The translations under genes were made by a program, and so were the position numbers. A DNA stretch of 59,433 nucleotides, from positions 1 to 59,433 of the forward strand of contig JBHGNT010000179.1 in NCBI GenBank assembly GCA_043228905.1. The letters run 5' to 3'. The stretch is from Azolla caroliniana. Its lineage: Eukaryota > Plantae > Polypodiophyta. Of the stretch, positions 10,856 through 23,015 are shown piece after piece. The first letter of the stretch is position 1, and the number at the start of each line of letters is the position of its first letter. The notes under the pieces were generated by a model. It saw only the letters and a list, made by a program, of their open reading frames with translations, did not search any database and was not told the DNA's origin.

Positions 10856-11640
10856 TGTCGAGATATTACGCAAGTGCGTGTGGAAACGAGGCGGGACCGC
10901 GGGGGTCTCGAACCAAAGAGCAAGCGAGGGAAGAGACAGAGGGAGAACCGGCTACGCAGGACCGGGGATACACAGGGACACGGCCCTTCAGCACGGAGAA
11001 CGCGAACAGACACCGACACAGACAGATGCGAATGACTAAATATGTATATTAAGAAAAATGGCTAGCACGACTACAACCCCCGATGGGGCACAGGTTGGTT
11101 ACAACCGAACAGGCCGGCGAACAGATGCCGATGCCTGTTCGCTTCGACGCACAAAGGGGGGTAGCAGGTCGGAGGTGCTGCCGGAAGCGCTCGGGCGTTC
11201 CTCGAAACAGCGCGAGCCTCCTCGGAACCCTGCACAGAAAGCTATGGAGCTCAAGAAGGAAGGAAACAGAGAGAGAAGCGTCCAGAAACGGTCCGACAGC
11301 ACTTCGTCCTCTCTGCGCGATCTGCCTGCAACAGCTCTTTCCTGCTCTTATATAGCCCGACGAGCAGGCCGTCGTGTCAGCTTTATTCCCTGTCCCTTTC
11401 GAACAGGGATCCGCTCCGTTCTTCACGCATCCGCGTAGTTACGCCGCCGACTCGTACAGTTCGCGCGCGCGACCGAAAAGACTGTTCGCGCGGTCTTTGT
11501 CTCCACTCGTGTTAGGGCCCGTTCCTGCCAATTATCCTCCTAATTCGCTTCTATGTACAACTTGGAGCGTGCGCGCGTGAAGAACCGGTTCCCGCGCCTT
11601 GGTGCGCCGATTCCGCTTATGGACGGTTTTCTTCACGACA
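10856..11640 (-). repeat. 5' LTR of G1
   Basis: Direct repeat of 4350-5134, adjacent to the PBS. Confidence 0.95.
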
Positions 11641-12076
11641 GCGTGTGAATGGGGGTGTGCATAGATGCACATAAAAAGAGTCTTTGTATAAACAAATGTA
11701 AATAAGTTGAGTATAATAAGTACAAGATATTGTGATTTAAATAGGTACTTTATTATCCCAGAAGAAAAGGTGAATTGGATAGAAGAATCTGTTCCAGACA
11801 ACCACCCCGAGCTATGATCAAGATATAGCCAACCACCCTAGCTATGATCAAGGAGGGGAGGAAGACCGTTATAAGCATCCATCGATTTGGAGGGGAAGGT
11901 GGTGCCAATTTTCATGTGGAGTGTTTTGGTTTTTTGCTATGTGCATTCGGTGAGGGAAGGTGAGGCCTCTGCTCGCGTAGGAAGCCCGTGTGATCCCGAC
12001 TAGAGGCTCATTGGTTTTGTGCGTGTGTCTGTAGAGTTTAAAGCTCCGTCTCTGGCCCAAGGCCGGTTGTATTCTT
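11641..12076. repeat. Continuation of the LTR-derived satellite after the G1 insertion
   Basis: Resumes the interrupted unit exactly (cgaccGCGT|gtgaatggggg) and contains the same A and B modules. Confidence 0.85.
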
Positions 12077-13225
12077 TGTTAAGAAGGCGCTACAGCTCTT
12101 CTTAGTGCAGTGGCATATCGTGATGTGCAGGATTGTTTAGGTTTCAAAGGAAGAGAGAAAGGAAGGGGGAAGGAGACTCACGTCTGTAACAACCCAAAAA
12201 ATGTTCTTTTTCATTACATAGAAAAACCTCTCTCTTCTTCTGACGTTACTGTCCTACTCACTCTTAGTTCTTTTACCTAAGTATATAAGTGATTTACATA
12301 TTCAACTAATTGGTTGTGAGTAGCTAATTAGGAACGAGTAGCTAAATAGTTGTGAACAGGTAAATAACTATTTTACTTATAACTATAGTAGTTAATTTCC
12401 TAATAGCTACTATAGAAGATCTCAGTTACCAATAAGCATCACATGCTTTTGTTGAACATGTTTCTTAACACTCCCCCTCAAGCTCAACTTGTCCATTCTT
12501 AAAATAATCTTCAGTCTTCTTTCCTTCATACTTTCCAACTATCATACCAATGCTTTTAACTCCCATCATGTCCCTGAACCGTGTATTTGTTTCTATGCTT
12601 AGTCCCTTCATAAGAATGTTAGCAACTTGTTGATTTGTACTTACATACAACAGATCCACTTCTCTAACAAAGTGAAAATGCACTTTAATGTGCTTTGTTC
12701 TTGCATGGAACACTAGGTTTTTTGCGAGCTAAATACTGCTCATATTGTGACACCAAATTGTGCTTGCATCATCTATATACTCTCCCAAATAAGCAAACAA
12801 TTTTTTGATCCAAACTTCTTCATAAGTAGCTATTGCAACTCCTCTATATTCAGCTTCAGTACTTGATAATGCGACAATAGCTTGTTTCTTGCTACTCCAT
12901 GAAATAACTGCACTTCCCAATGTAAACATATATCCACTCGTGGATCTTCTATTAGTTTTGCTTCCAACCCAATCAACATTTGTATATCCTTCTAACTTTA
13001 TGTCCACATCAGCCCTGTAAAATTGTTCATAGTTTTTAGTAGCTTTTACATACCTCAAAATTCTTCTAATACCGTTGGCAATTGCATAAACTGGCTGGCT
13101 AATCCAACTGCATAACTTAAATCAAGTCTTGTTATAGTCAAGTATATGAGGCTACCCACCATAGACCTGTACATGTTCACATCTGCAATTTCTACTCCCA
13201 AATCAGCCCTAAATTTGCAGTTCTT
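12077..13225 (-). mobile_element. Truncated AT-rich Ty1/copia 3' end: LTR 12077-12470, PPT, degenerate RNase H and RT end
   Basis: LTR with 9-bp inverted termini tgttaagaa/ttcttaaca; PPT ctccccctca at 12471; ORFs 12729..13058 (SWSSKKQAIVALSSTEAEY) and 12465..12713 (FHARTKHIKVHFHFVRE). Confidence 0.88.
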
Positions 13226-13234
13226 ATCCAACGA

Positions 13235-13980
13235 ATACTGAAGCTACGTGGAAGGAGCGAATGTAGCAGCGCCGGATTCGGCACACAAGGGCTTCCCGGC
13301 ATGGGAGGAAGGATCGAGCAGAGTGCTGTATTGCATTGCGTCCTATGTGCACGACCGGATGGTCGGCTACATTAGGGATGCAAAAACGCCGAAAGAGGCA
13401 TGGGAAAATCTCCGGAAGATTTTCTTCACAAGTACGACGGCTCAGAAGTTGGAGCTCCGACAAGAGCTCAACAGTATCCGACAATGGGACATGTCGGTCA
13501 TCGATTACACCATCAAGATAAAGGATATATGTGACGTGCTCGGCTCCATCAATGTGATGGTGCACGAAGATGAGATGGTCCAGATCTGCCTCGGTGGTCT
13601 AGCACAACTGTACAGGCCAATCTAGACGGCAGTTTGCACCTATGAGAAACCACCGTCCTTCTTCGACCTGCAATTGATGCTGATGGTCGAAGAAAACCAC
13701 GCGAGTGGGTCGAGGACCACTCAATCAGAAAACCGGATGTTGTACACGATGGCAGATCGGCCCCGTGAATGTGGAGGATGAGGTGGGTTGGCACGCAATA
13801 GCGGTGGCTAGCAAGAGCAGAATCGGAGACACGGAGATAGTGCCGACAACAGTTCCAGACCCTCCACAAGCAGGGGGAGTCAAGGCGGAGCCGGAAACCG
13901 GCAATCGAAAGCCGGCATGGAATGCTGGTATTGTGGCAAGAAAGGCCACTGGGAGAGCGAGTGCTGGAAGAAGCGAGCTA
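13235..13980 (+). pseudogene. Copia family A/B gag fragment
   Basis: ORF 13248..13625 (DAKTPKEAWENLRKIF...MVQICLGGLA); zinc knuckle remnant (CWYCGKKGHWESEC) near 13920-13965. Confidence 0.85.
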
Positions 13981-14406
13981 TTGTGATGTGGCGTGTCCAA
14001 TGGGAGAAATTGTGAAATCGTGTGGTTCCACGCACATTACACAAACGATTATAAACATGAAAATTAGCCTAGGGTCTAGTGGCATTCAAGTGCATATTGA
14101 GGGGTACAAGCAAGATTTCAACCTTGCACCTCCAAGATAGAAGACATTTATCTTACCATTAGGGCTACTACCAAGTACTTTACATACATATATTTTTCAT
14201 ATTCCAAAGGCATAGCAAACAACCGTACAAAACCGTGTGCACAAAACCATGGTTTTGTGCATGCCACAAGAAAAACTGTGTGCCCAAAAACTATGGGTCC
14301 AAGCCCATGGTTTTGTGCGCGTTAGAAGCATGGATAGACCTATAAAAACCGTTGCAAGGCTGGTGTAACGGGGGGCTCAATATGTGATATCATTATCATC
14401 ACCATT

Positions 14407-16788
14407 TGTCACATGACGACAAGATTTGAACTCTTGACCTCTTGTATATGGTCAAGTGTTGTGTTCTAACCAACACATCCAAATATATGGTCATGTTATG
14501 TATATCTTAGTACATTATTAGTAGATTATCTATTTCAAGTTCTAGGAGTTTTTAGAAAGTTCTAGAATGAGAAGGTTCTAGAGGGTTCTAGAATATTCTC
14601 CGGAATATTCTAATGCATGTACTTCGAATCACAGTATAAATACTTGTAACCTCCTTGGTCCCTTTCAAGGGATTCAACATTAGTCATTGACACATCAATA
14701 TAGTGTTCTCGTTTCACCCCATCTTGTCTCCTTGACTTCTATCTCTTTCTTCCTCGTCACTTCTAGCTCAAGTTCACAACCTGTTGCTCATAGTCCCATC
14801 ATCCGTGCTCCGTCCTAGTCTGCACTTGGTGTGTTTGTGACAGTTTGAATCCCTTCAAACTAGAAGCATTACCCATCTTCATCATCGCCCTTGCTTCTAG
14901 AGTTACCATTGTCACTGTCATTGGTTCTAGCGTTACCATCATCAACATCCCTTCGTTTTCTCTCTTCCTCGCTATCTCTATCTCTTAGTTTCTTTTCGTC
15001 ATCGTCTTTGTCTTTTCTCTCCTAGTTTCTTCTCATCTCTATCTCCTAGTTTTTTCTCATCCTTCACTTCTCTATCTCCTAGTTTCTTCTCACCATCATC
15101 TCTATCTCTGCAATTCTTATCATCTTCCACATCCCTATCTTGCATTTTTTGTCATTGTTATCCTTGTCCTTGTGTTTCCTACCGCTTTCATCTCTATCTA
15201 TGTGTTTCTTATTATCTTTGTCACTTTCCTTGCATTTCCTATCACCTTCATCCCTATCTTTGTGTTTTCTATCATCCTTTGTATATGTGTCTTTGTGTTT
15301 CTTCAGAACCTCAACATCTCGATCTCTATGTTTCTTATCCTCTTCATCTCTTTCTCCGCTTCCATCATTGCCATAGTCAAAGTCATTGCTTCCAAAGTTG
15401 CTTCATCAACATCATTGCCTTCATTGCTTCATGTTCGACATCATCATCTTCAACCCTCTTGTTGTCATCATCAACACTACTTTGCCTAGCCGTCATTGTT
15501 GTCAAGTGTTCCAGTTCTCGGTGAGGACCGTGCAGGGTTGCTCACATCCATTGGTGTTTGTGTCTCCGGTGAGGACCACACATGGTCGGTCATGCCCTTT
15601 GGTGTTCGCATCTCCGGTGAGGACCGTACATGGTCTCTCACGCTCGTTGGTGTTTCAGTTCTCGGTGAGGACCGCACATGGTCGCTCACATCCATTGGTG
15701 TTCGTGTCTCCGGTGAGGATTGCACATGGTTGCTCACGCCCATTGGTGTTCTAGTTCCCGGTGAGGACCGCACATGGTTGCTCCTTTCCATTAGTGTTCG
15801 TGTCTTCGGTGAGGACCATACATGGTCTCTCATGCCCGTTGGTGTTCGTGTCTCCGGTGAGGACCGCACATCGTTGCTCACGTCCGTTGGTGTTCCAATT
15901 CCTGGTGAGGATTGCACATGGTCGCTCACGCCAATTGGTGTTGTTCTCTTTGGTGAGAACCGCACATGGTTGTTCACTCATGTTGGTGTTCCTATCTCCG
16001 GTGAGGCCCGTACATGGTCGCTCACACTCACGTTTGTGTTCTAGTCTCCGGTGAGGACTGCACATGGTCGCTCACACTCATGTTGGTGGCCCAGTTTCCA
16101 GTGAGGACCAGACATGGTCGCTCACACTCACGTTGGTGTTCCATTCTCCGGTGAGGACCGAACATGGTTTCTCACGCTCACATTGGTGTCCAGTCTCCGG
16201 TGACGACCACACATGGTTGCTTGTGTTCACCCGTGCTCCTATTTCTGGTGAGGACTGCTCATAGTCACTCACATCTCAACATACTTTGGTTTTCCCTTTC
16301 GGCTCACCCCTACACCACACATTCGAAAAGGTGGCCGTAAAGAGGGGGATAATGTCACAGACATGACAAAAAGATTTGAACTCTTGTATATAGTCAATTG
16401 TTGTGTTCTAACCAACACATCCAAATATATGGTCATGTTATGTATATCTTAGTACATTATTAGTAGATTATCTATTTCAAGTTCTAGGAGTTTTTAGAAA
16501 GTTCTAGAACTAGAAGGTTCTAGAGGGTTCTAGGATATTCTCCCGAATATTCTAATGCATGTACTTCGACTTGACACAATATAAATACTTGTAAACTCCT
16601 TGGTCCCTTTCAAGGGATTCAACGCCAGTCATTGACACATCAATATAGTGTTCTCGTTTCGCCCCATCTTGTCTCCTTGTGTTTTATCTCTTTCTTCCTC
16701 GTCACTTCTAGCTCCAAGTTCACAACCCGTTGCTCATAGTCCCATCATCCATGCTCTGTCCTAGTTTGCGCTTGGTGTGTCCGTGACA
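14407..16788 (+). mobile_element. Non-autonomous LTR retroelement (Tcn1/Tf1-like LTRs, no retroviral coding domains)
   Basis: LTRs 14407-14842 and 16353-16788 (tgtcac...gtgaca); TSD ccatt/ccatc; PPT aagagggggataa at 16340-16352; the ~1.5-kb interior is low-complexity sequence plus a tandem array. Confidence 0.9.
15505..16270. repeat. 48-bp tandem array (~16 copies; later units ~50 bp)
   Basis: ggtgaggac core at 15520, 15568, 15616, 15664 and onward to ~16247; 16-aa periodicity in ORFs 15496..16044 and 15486..15977. Confidence 0.92.
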
Positions 16789-16879
16789 CCATCAATATAA
16801 TATTCTTCTTATTCTTCTTCTTCTTGTTTATCTTCTTCTCGAGTGTACAAATTTCTGATCTTCTCAAATGTAACATTGT

Positions 16880-17469
16880 TTCCTCAAATCTTACATTCAC
16901 ATCGAGGAGCGTAGAACTGTATGGGTTGCGGAAGGAGGAATTAGACCGGACGAGGAGCGCGAGTGAGGCGGGAGGATGCCCGAAGGAGCCGGACGAAAGA
17001 ACCGGTTGCCCCAGACACTAACACCACGATTTGACCTCATGTTGAGCTTGAGGGGGAGTGTTGAGCGAGCAAGCAAAACCGGATCCGGATTGGCTGGATA
17101 AGCCAAAGACAGATCGGTGTCTGGATAGTATCTGGAACCAAGAGCCGGATCGGAGAGCCGGACCCACGTGTTTACCATTAGGCCGTTTAGAGGTCTTAGC
17201 TTCTAGACTACTAGGTAGTCATGATCCTCGTAATTAGTTTCAGCCGCTTGTATGAGCATTGAAGTACATAGTACTTTTGTCTGTCCCTTGTGGACTTGTA
17301 TAAAAAGTGCTCACTAAGCACATTCTATGTACATAGTGTTGTTCTTGTGAATTGAGTTTTATGCTTTTTGCTCTCTCTTTCTCTCCTATGTATTCTCTGC
17401 TCTTAAGCTTCCATTAAACCTTCCTTCTCTAGTTTATTGCTGTAATCCGGTAGAGACGGTTTGTCTACA
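16880..17469 (+). mobile_element. Copia family A/B 3' UTR, PPT and 3' LTR (17059 to ~17469)
   Basis: ttgagcttgagggggag then TGTTGAGCG...; homologous to the reverse complement of 30480-30620 and the LTR end at 48353. Confidence 0.75.
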
Positions 17470-19010
17470 AGCTTCCACACGCTATTCTTTTCACCAAGAA
17501 TGTGTCTTGCTGGACCGAGGTCCTTCATGGTAAACTTCAACCGCAGTTGCTGAACGAGTTCGGCAAGCTCTCCGGCTTGCTAACTAGAGATTAGCATGTT
17601 GTACACGTAGATAATGAGCAAGATTGGTGACCCATCTCGAGCTGTTTTCATGAAGAGACAATGGTCCTCATCAATCTTTGAGAAGTTGACCGACTAAATG
17701 AAGTCATCGAACTTCTTATACCATTGTCGCGGTGCCTGTTTCAAGCCGTATAGACTCTTCCTGAGTCAACAGACTAGATGTTCTTGGTTGGGTGCCACAA
17801 AGCCTTTCTGCTACTCCATATAAATTTCCTCCTCTAGATCACCATGGAGGTATGCCGTTTTGACATCTAGCTAAATCAGCTCCACGTCCTCGGTTACCAC
17901 AACGCTGAGCATGAATCTAAGGGTTGTCATTTTCACCACTACTGAAAAGATTTCGTCAAAATCTACACTATATTGTTGTTGAAAACCCTTAACTACTAGT
18001 CTAGCCTTGAATTTTGGGGTGGCCGAATCAGACGTTTCTTTGACTCGATAGACCAACTTGCACGAAAGAGAACGTCGATTCTTCGGGAGCGCGACCAAGT
18101 TCCAAGTTTGGTTTGCTCGGATGGAGTTCATCTCAGACTCCATTGCCAGATGCCAGGTGGCCAAATCGGTAGATGCCGATGCTTCTTCATATGATGTCGG
18201 TTCTCCGGCATCCGTAAAGAAGATTCTAGGAGAGTATCTCTTGGGGGGTTACGACAGTCTCTCGGATCTTCGAGGTATGGTTGGACTAGTCGCATCGGGT
18301 GTCGAAGTCGAATGATCTAGAGCCAAACCATTCAGTTGTTCCGAGTCAAGCGTTGTCGAGTGAGGGCTGGAGGATTCGGCTAACGGTGAAGCCGATCTCG
18401 TGTTATGGGTTGGGGCTTCATGAAGGGTCGCCACTTCGGAAAAAGTTACCCTTCGGACTTCAATAAGACTTTCGGCCGTCTTATGCATAGCCGACTCATT
18501 GAACACTAAGTCCAAACTTCGAAAAATTTGTATGTGCTTGGGGTCCCAGAGTCGGTATCCGATTTCGTCATCTAATCCATAACCTAGGAAAATACATTTC
18601 CTAGACCTTGGTGCAAGTTTGCGGCAATCATCTTTCGGTATGAGGGCGTATGCCTCGCACCCAAAGATCCTTAGCTTGTCGTAATTCGGTTTAATTCCTA
18701 AGGTATCTAAGTCCTAGAAGCCTACTCGGTGACATATTGATAATGTGTACTGTCGTAAGTAGGACCTCCACCCAGAAGCCATCTGACAGTCCGGACTGTT
18801 GGAGCATGGAAACTATCGTTTCTTGAATTGTCCGATTCATCCTCTCGACAATTCCGTTTTGCTCCGGACGATAGGGTGTCGTATATTCACGTCGAATGCT
18901 GCGTTGTCGGCAAAATTTGACGAATTCTTCAGATTTGAACTCTCCTCCATTATCGATCCAAAGACATTTGAGTTTTCGGCCAGACTGGTGTTGAAATTGA
19001 ACCTTCTCGT
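17470..19010 (-). pseudogene. Degenerate Ty1/copia integrase-RT fragment, related to element C type
   Basis: ORF 17871..18164 (AMESEMNSI...KFKARLVVKGFQQ...DFDEIFS.VVKMTT) and 18249..18515; several stops. Confidence 0.85.
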
Positions 19011-19055
19011 ATTGAAAAGGTTAAACTTTGGCCCATTCCTCGTAATATTTGTGAA

Positions 19056-21574
19056 TTGCGATCATTCTCAAGGAAAATCCAAAAATCAATTTGTAACTAT
19101 TCGAAATTGACTACGCCATTAATTGACCTTTTAAAAGGTCATCCACGTAAGTCTGTCAAACCAATTGCATGGAATGAACAACTTGACAAATCATTTGAGA
19201 CACTTAAAGAGCATGTGTGTCTGGCTCTCACTCTTCTATTACCGGACCCTTCTAAGCCTTTCTCAATCGAAACTGATGCTAATGATTATGCTATTGGTGC
19301 CGTTCTTTATCAAGGCGGTCACCCTATTTCTTTTGAAAGTAAGAAGCTTGATGTTGCTCAATCTCGGTATTCAGTTCAAGAGAAAGAATTGTTTGCGGTA
19401 ATACATGCACTTAAAACATGGAGGCACTATCTCTATGGAAATAAATTTGTGGTTACAATAGACCATCAATCATTGAAGTATTTTTGTGACCAGCCAGATC
19501 TTGTTGGTCGTTAAGGCCGTTGGGATGACCTTATGCAAGATTTTGATTTTTCCATACGGTATCACAAGGGTTCTATGAACATTGTTGCGGATGCTCTTAG
19601 TTGCATTAAAGAAGTTAACATGCTAAGCTTCATGGAAATAAAATCTGATCTTTTAGATCACCTTCGAGGGAAATACCTTCATGACAGTTATTTTTGGAAA
19701 TACTAGACGAAAGCCGAATCTGGTTTAGATGCCAATACTAGCACCCTACCCTCGAAGGCGACCTTTCACATTACAAACGGTTTGCTCTACCGTATTGGAA
19801 AGGTCTATGTTCCAGATTTACCAAACGTAAAACAGAAAATTCTTCATGAATGTCATGATGCACCATCTGCTGGTCATCCTGGAATACAACGCACACTCAT
19901 TCTCATCTCGAGTACTTTTTTTTGGCCTAAGATGCACTCTAACGTGCATAAATACGTAACTCAATGCTTCCAATGTCAGATTAATAAGTTAGAACGACTT
20001 AAAGTTGTTGGTCTTTTACATCCCTTAGATATTCCCAACAACAAATGGGAAAGTATCTTGATGGATTTTATTGTTAGTTTACCTCGTACACAGAGGGGTC
20101 ATGATGCCATTTGGGTTGTCATTGACAGAATAACAAAATTGGCCAGATTTATTCCTATGAAAACCGCTCAAAATTGGCTTATCAATTTGTTGATGAGTTA
20201 TTTCTCTTTTATGGATTACTGATGGATATTGTTAGGATCGAGATTCCAAGTTTACTAGTGACTTTTGGCCTCAGGTCTTTAAGAAACTAGAAACTACGTT
20301 GAGCATGAGTTCCGCAGATCATCCTCAGTTTGATGGACAAACTAAACTAGTTAATCAAATTATTGAGGACATGCTTTGAGCTTATGTAGCAAAAACCCCT
20401 TCTAAGTGGGAGCAATACCTTCCTATCTTAGAATTTGCCTATAATAGCTGTAAACATACATCCATTGGATATAGTCCTTTTATGTTGATGTATGGTTTTC
20501 AGCCACGTGCCCTAGTTGATGTCACGATTCATCGTGATACATTAGACAGTACACACAATTTTTTGCAAGACATGAACCAAATGTTGCATATTGCCAAAGA
20601 GAATGTCAACACGGCTCAAGATCGTGCTCAATTTTATGCTGATCAGGATAGACGTCCTCGTGCATCTACTATTGGTCAAAAAGTTTGTTTGCATGTCCCT
20701 ACTGACTCTACGGGCAAGTGCGCTAAGTTAGCCCCATGATATTGTGGCCCATTTGAAATCCTTAAGCGGGTTGGGTCATCTACTTATCACCTTGCCTTAC
20801 CCCGTAACATTGGTATTCATCTTGTTTTTCACGTCAATCGTCTAAAACCATTTTTAGGCTCTGGTAATAACACCATGACAATCCAAGATCTTGTAACATT
20901 AGAGGATTTTTCTTACAAACCTCATGTTCCTGAACGAATTCTTGACTCTCACGTTTACGTTCTAAAGAGATTCGGCTATTCAAGATCAAATGGATGGATA
21001 AACTTATTGATGATGCCACATGGAAACGCGAGCATACTCTTAAGCCGCAATTTCCTCACTTTATATTGCAAGAGTGCAATCTTCTGAAGTAGGGGGGAGT
21101 ATGTTATGTGCACATAATGTTGGTGAGGGTAGGTCACCAATATTTACATTAGTGAAGGGTATGTTCCCTAATGTTAAAAAGGGGACTAATGATTGGATAG
21201 AAGGAGTGATAGGTGCATGCACTATCATGATTTGGACAACCAATGAATGGAGAGCCTTTTAGAAAGGCACATCTATTCAAGGGGACTAGGAAAAGGTATA
21301 AATATGAGGCTTAGCTACCCTCATAATCACATTACGTCAGAAGGCTGTTGTCTTAGACACCGGTGGTGTGGGCTAGGCTTTCGTCTCGATCATCGTGTTT
21401 ATCTCTTCCAAGGTATTAGTCATCCTAATATCCGGCGGTATGGGACATCGGTGCTAGGTTGGCTATGTCTAGATCATAGCTCGGGGGTGGTCGGGTGGAA
21501 CAGGTTCTTCTATCCATTCTATTTTCCTTCTTTTACTTTAGTTTGGTCTATTGATTTGTAATAGACTCTTAACA
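19056..21574 (+). mobile_element. 5'-truncated degenerate chromovirus (RNase H, INT, chromodomain-like, PPT, 3' LTR 21102-21574), relative of element D
   Basis: ORFs 19056..19514, 19782..20222, 20482..20739 and 20875..21087 align by eye with Pol 34564..37554; PPT gtaggggggagta; LTR tgtta...taaca. Confidence 0.9.
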
Positions 21575-21946
21575 GTGTCGAGGATAAACATCCTCCCTTC
21601 ACGGCGCCCTTGCGCAATAACTTTGCCTTCCTCTTTGATGTAGCACCCGAGGTGTGTGAATCGAACTTGCAACCCCTGGTCGACGATCTGTCCGACCGAC
21701 ACCAGGTTCTTGGTTATTGCCGGGATGTGCAACACGCTCATAAGTTTCCCTTTCTGCCCGACGTGGCTGAGAGGACATTCTCTGTCTTATCGCAAGCTTT
21801 TCTGTCGGATGTAAAGGAGTCTCAACCCTCACACTCTGATACCATGTAAAAGAATACGTGTGCGGAACCGTATGCGTAAGAACACAGAGTACACGTTCGG
21901 TAATACGAAAGTTCAGTGAAATGCAAAAATCACATAGAAAGAGAGG

Positions 21947-21977
<31 letters not shown>

Positions 21978-22188
21978 CAAAAAATGTAACTATGTTCAAA
22001 ATAATTCTCAGTATGTTCTCTCTGTGTATACTTACTCCAAAAATTATTCCGTTCAAGGAATAACACTCTAACGGCCTCTCAGTTTAAACACCGCCACAAC
22101 CATATTTTGCGTACGGTTTTACGCACCTAGTCTACGCACTGGGTTACGTACCCGTTTACGCACCCAATTTTGAGCTTGTCTCTCAACA
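21575..22188 (-). mobile_element. Copia remnant: 5' LTR 21845-22188, iMet PBS (21834-21844) and an internally deleted pol piece
   Basis: ctctgatacca adjacent to tgtaaaag; LTR start tgttgagagacaagctc on the minus strand; ORF 21538..21741 (ITKNLVSVGQIVDQG...GRMFILD). Confidence 0.7.
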
Positions 22189-22816
22189 AATATGTAACTC
22201 TGTTGAGAATCAAGCTCAACATAGCACAACGTATGAACACACCTTTTGAGAATCTATGATTACTCAAAGGTCAAGAGTCACACCACTACTCTCTACACAT
22301 TAACTATGTGTCATAGAATCATATTCTATGACACAACTAATGAGTTGCATATTCCCCATGACTATGAGTGTTCACATTCCCCAAGAGAGAGAGAGTGGTT
22401 GTTGTAAGTTAATGAAGAGAGAGGGTGACTCTATATAAAGCACCCTCCTCATACTTCATTAAGTCGGTTGTGACTCCTTATTATGCTACATTTTGTAATT
22501 CTTATTCTACTTGTGAAATATACACCATCTTCTTGAGTATTCCTTTCTCTATCTATCTTGTGTTCTTTCATCTCTCCTCTAATTCCTCTCACACATACAC
22601 ATAACACACATCTCTTTTGCTACACAAGAATCACCATCGATTCTTTACATGGTATCAAAGCGATTTGGTAGCTCGATCTAGCCCACTCATCTCATCGTGA
22701 TCGTGTGTTGTGCTCTATGCCAACGTTAAAGAAAAACCGGCTCATCATTATCGTAGTACCACTACATAGCTCGTGTTCGAGAGAGAAGGAAAAGAAGAAA
22801 GGAAGCTTAATCGACA

Positions 22817-23015
22817 ATGAATACTCAAATAGGGAGCGTTCTCCCTAGCGAGAAGTTGGACCGAAACAACTTCGCATCTTGGGAATACAAGATGCACCAA
22901 TACCTTGTCGGCCAAGGCTATTGGGGTTACATCAAGGGAGCACAAGAAAAACGACCCAACCCGGAAGACGCCGACTATGCAACATGGGAGCAAGCAGCAA
23001 GCCGAGTGATGTATT
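22817..23015 (+). pseudogene. gag: N-terminus of copia A gag
   Basis: MNTQIGSVLPSEKLDRNNFASWEYKMHQYLVGQGYWGYI...ASRVMY; continues as YCLETCVHDHMLG at 48355. Confidence 0.85.

Larger units (their letters stand above)
4350..11640 (-). mobile_element. Full-length, apparently intact Ty3/gypsy LTR retrotransposon (non-chromovirus, Phygy-like), element G1
   Basis: 785-bp LTRs 4350-5134 and 10856-11640 (TG..CA, one mismatch seen); 4-bp TSD GCGT at 4346-4349 and 11641-11644; tRNA-Trp PBS; intact gag-PR and RT-RH-INT ORFs. Confidence 0.97.

Noticed and set aside
15140-15524. Hydrophobic membrane-protein ORFs
   Set aside because: Artefact of translating CT-rich low-complexity sequence
15505-16270. 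CRISPR array
   Set aside because: The units are homologous along their whole length with no unique spacers, there are no cas genes, and the array sits inside a eukaryotic LTR element
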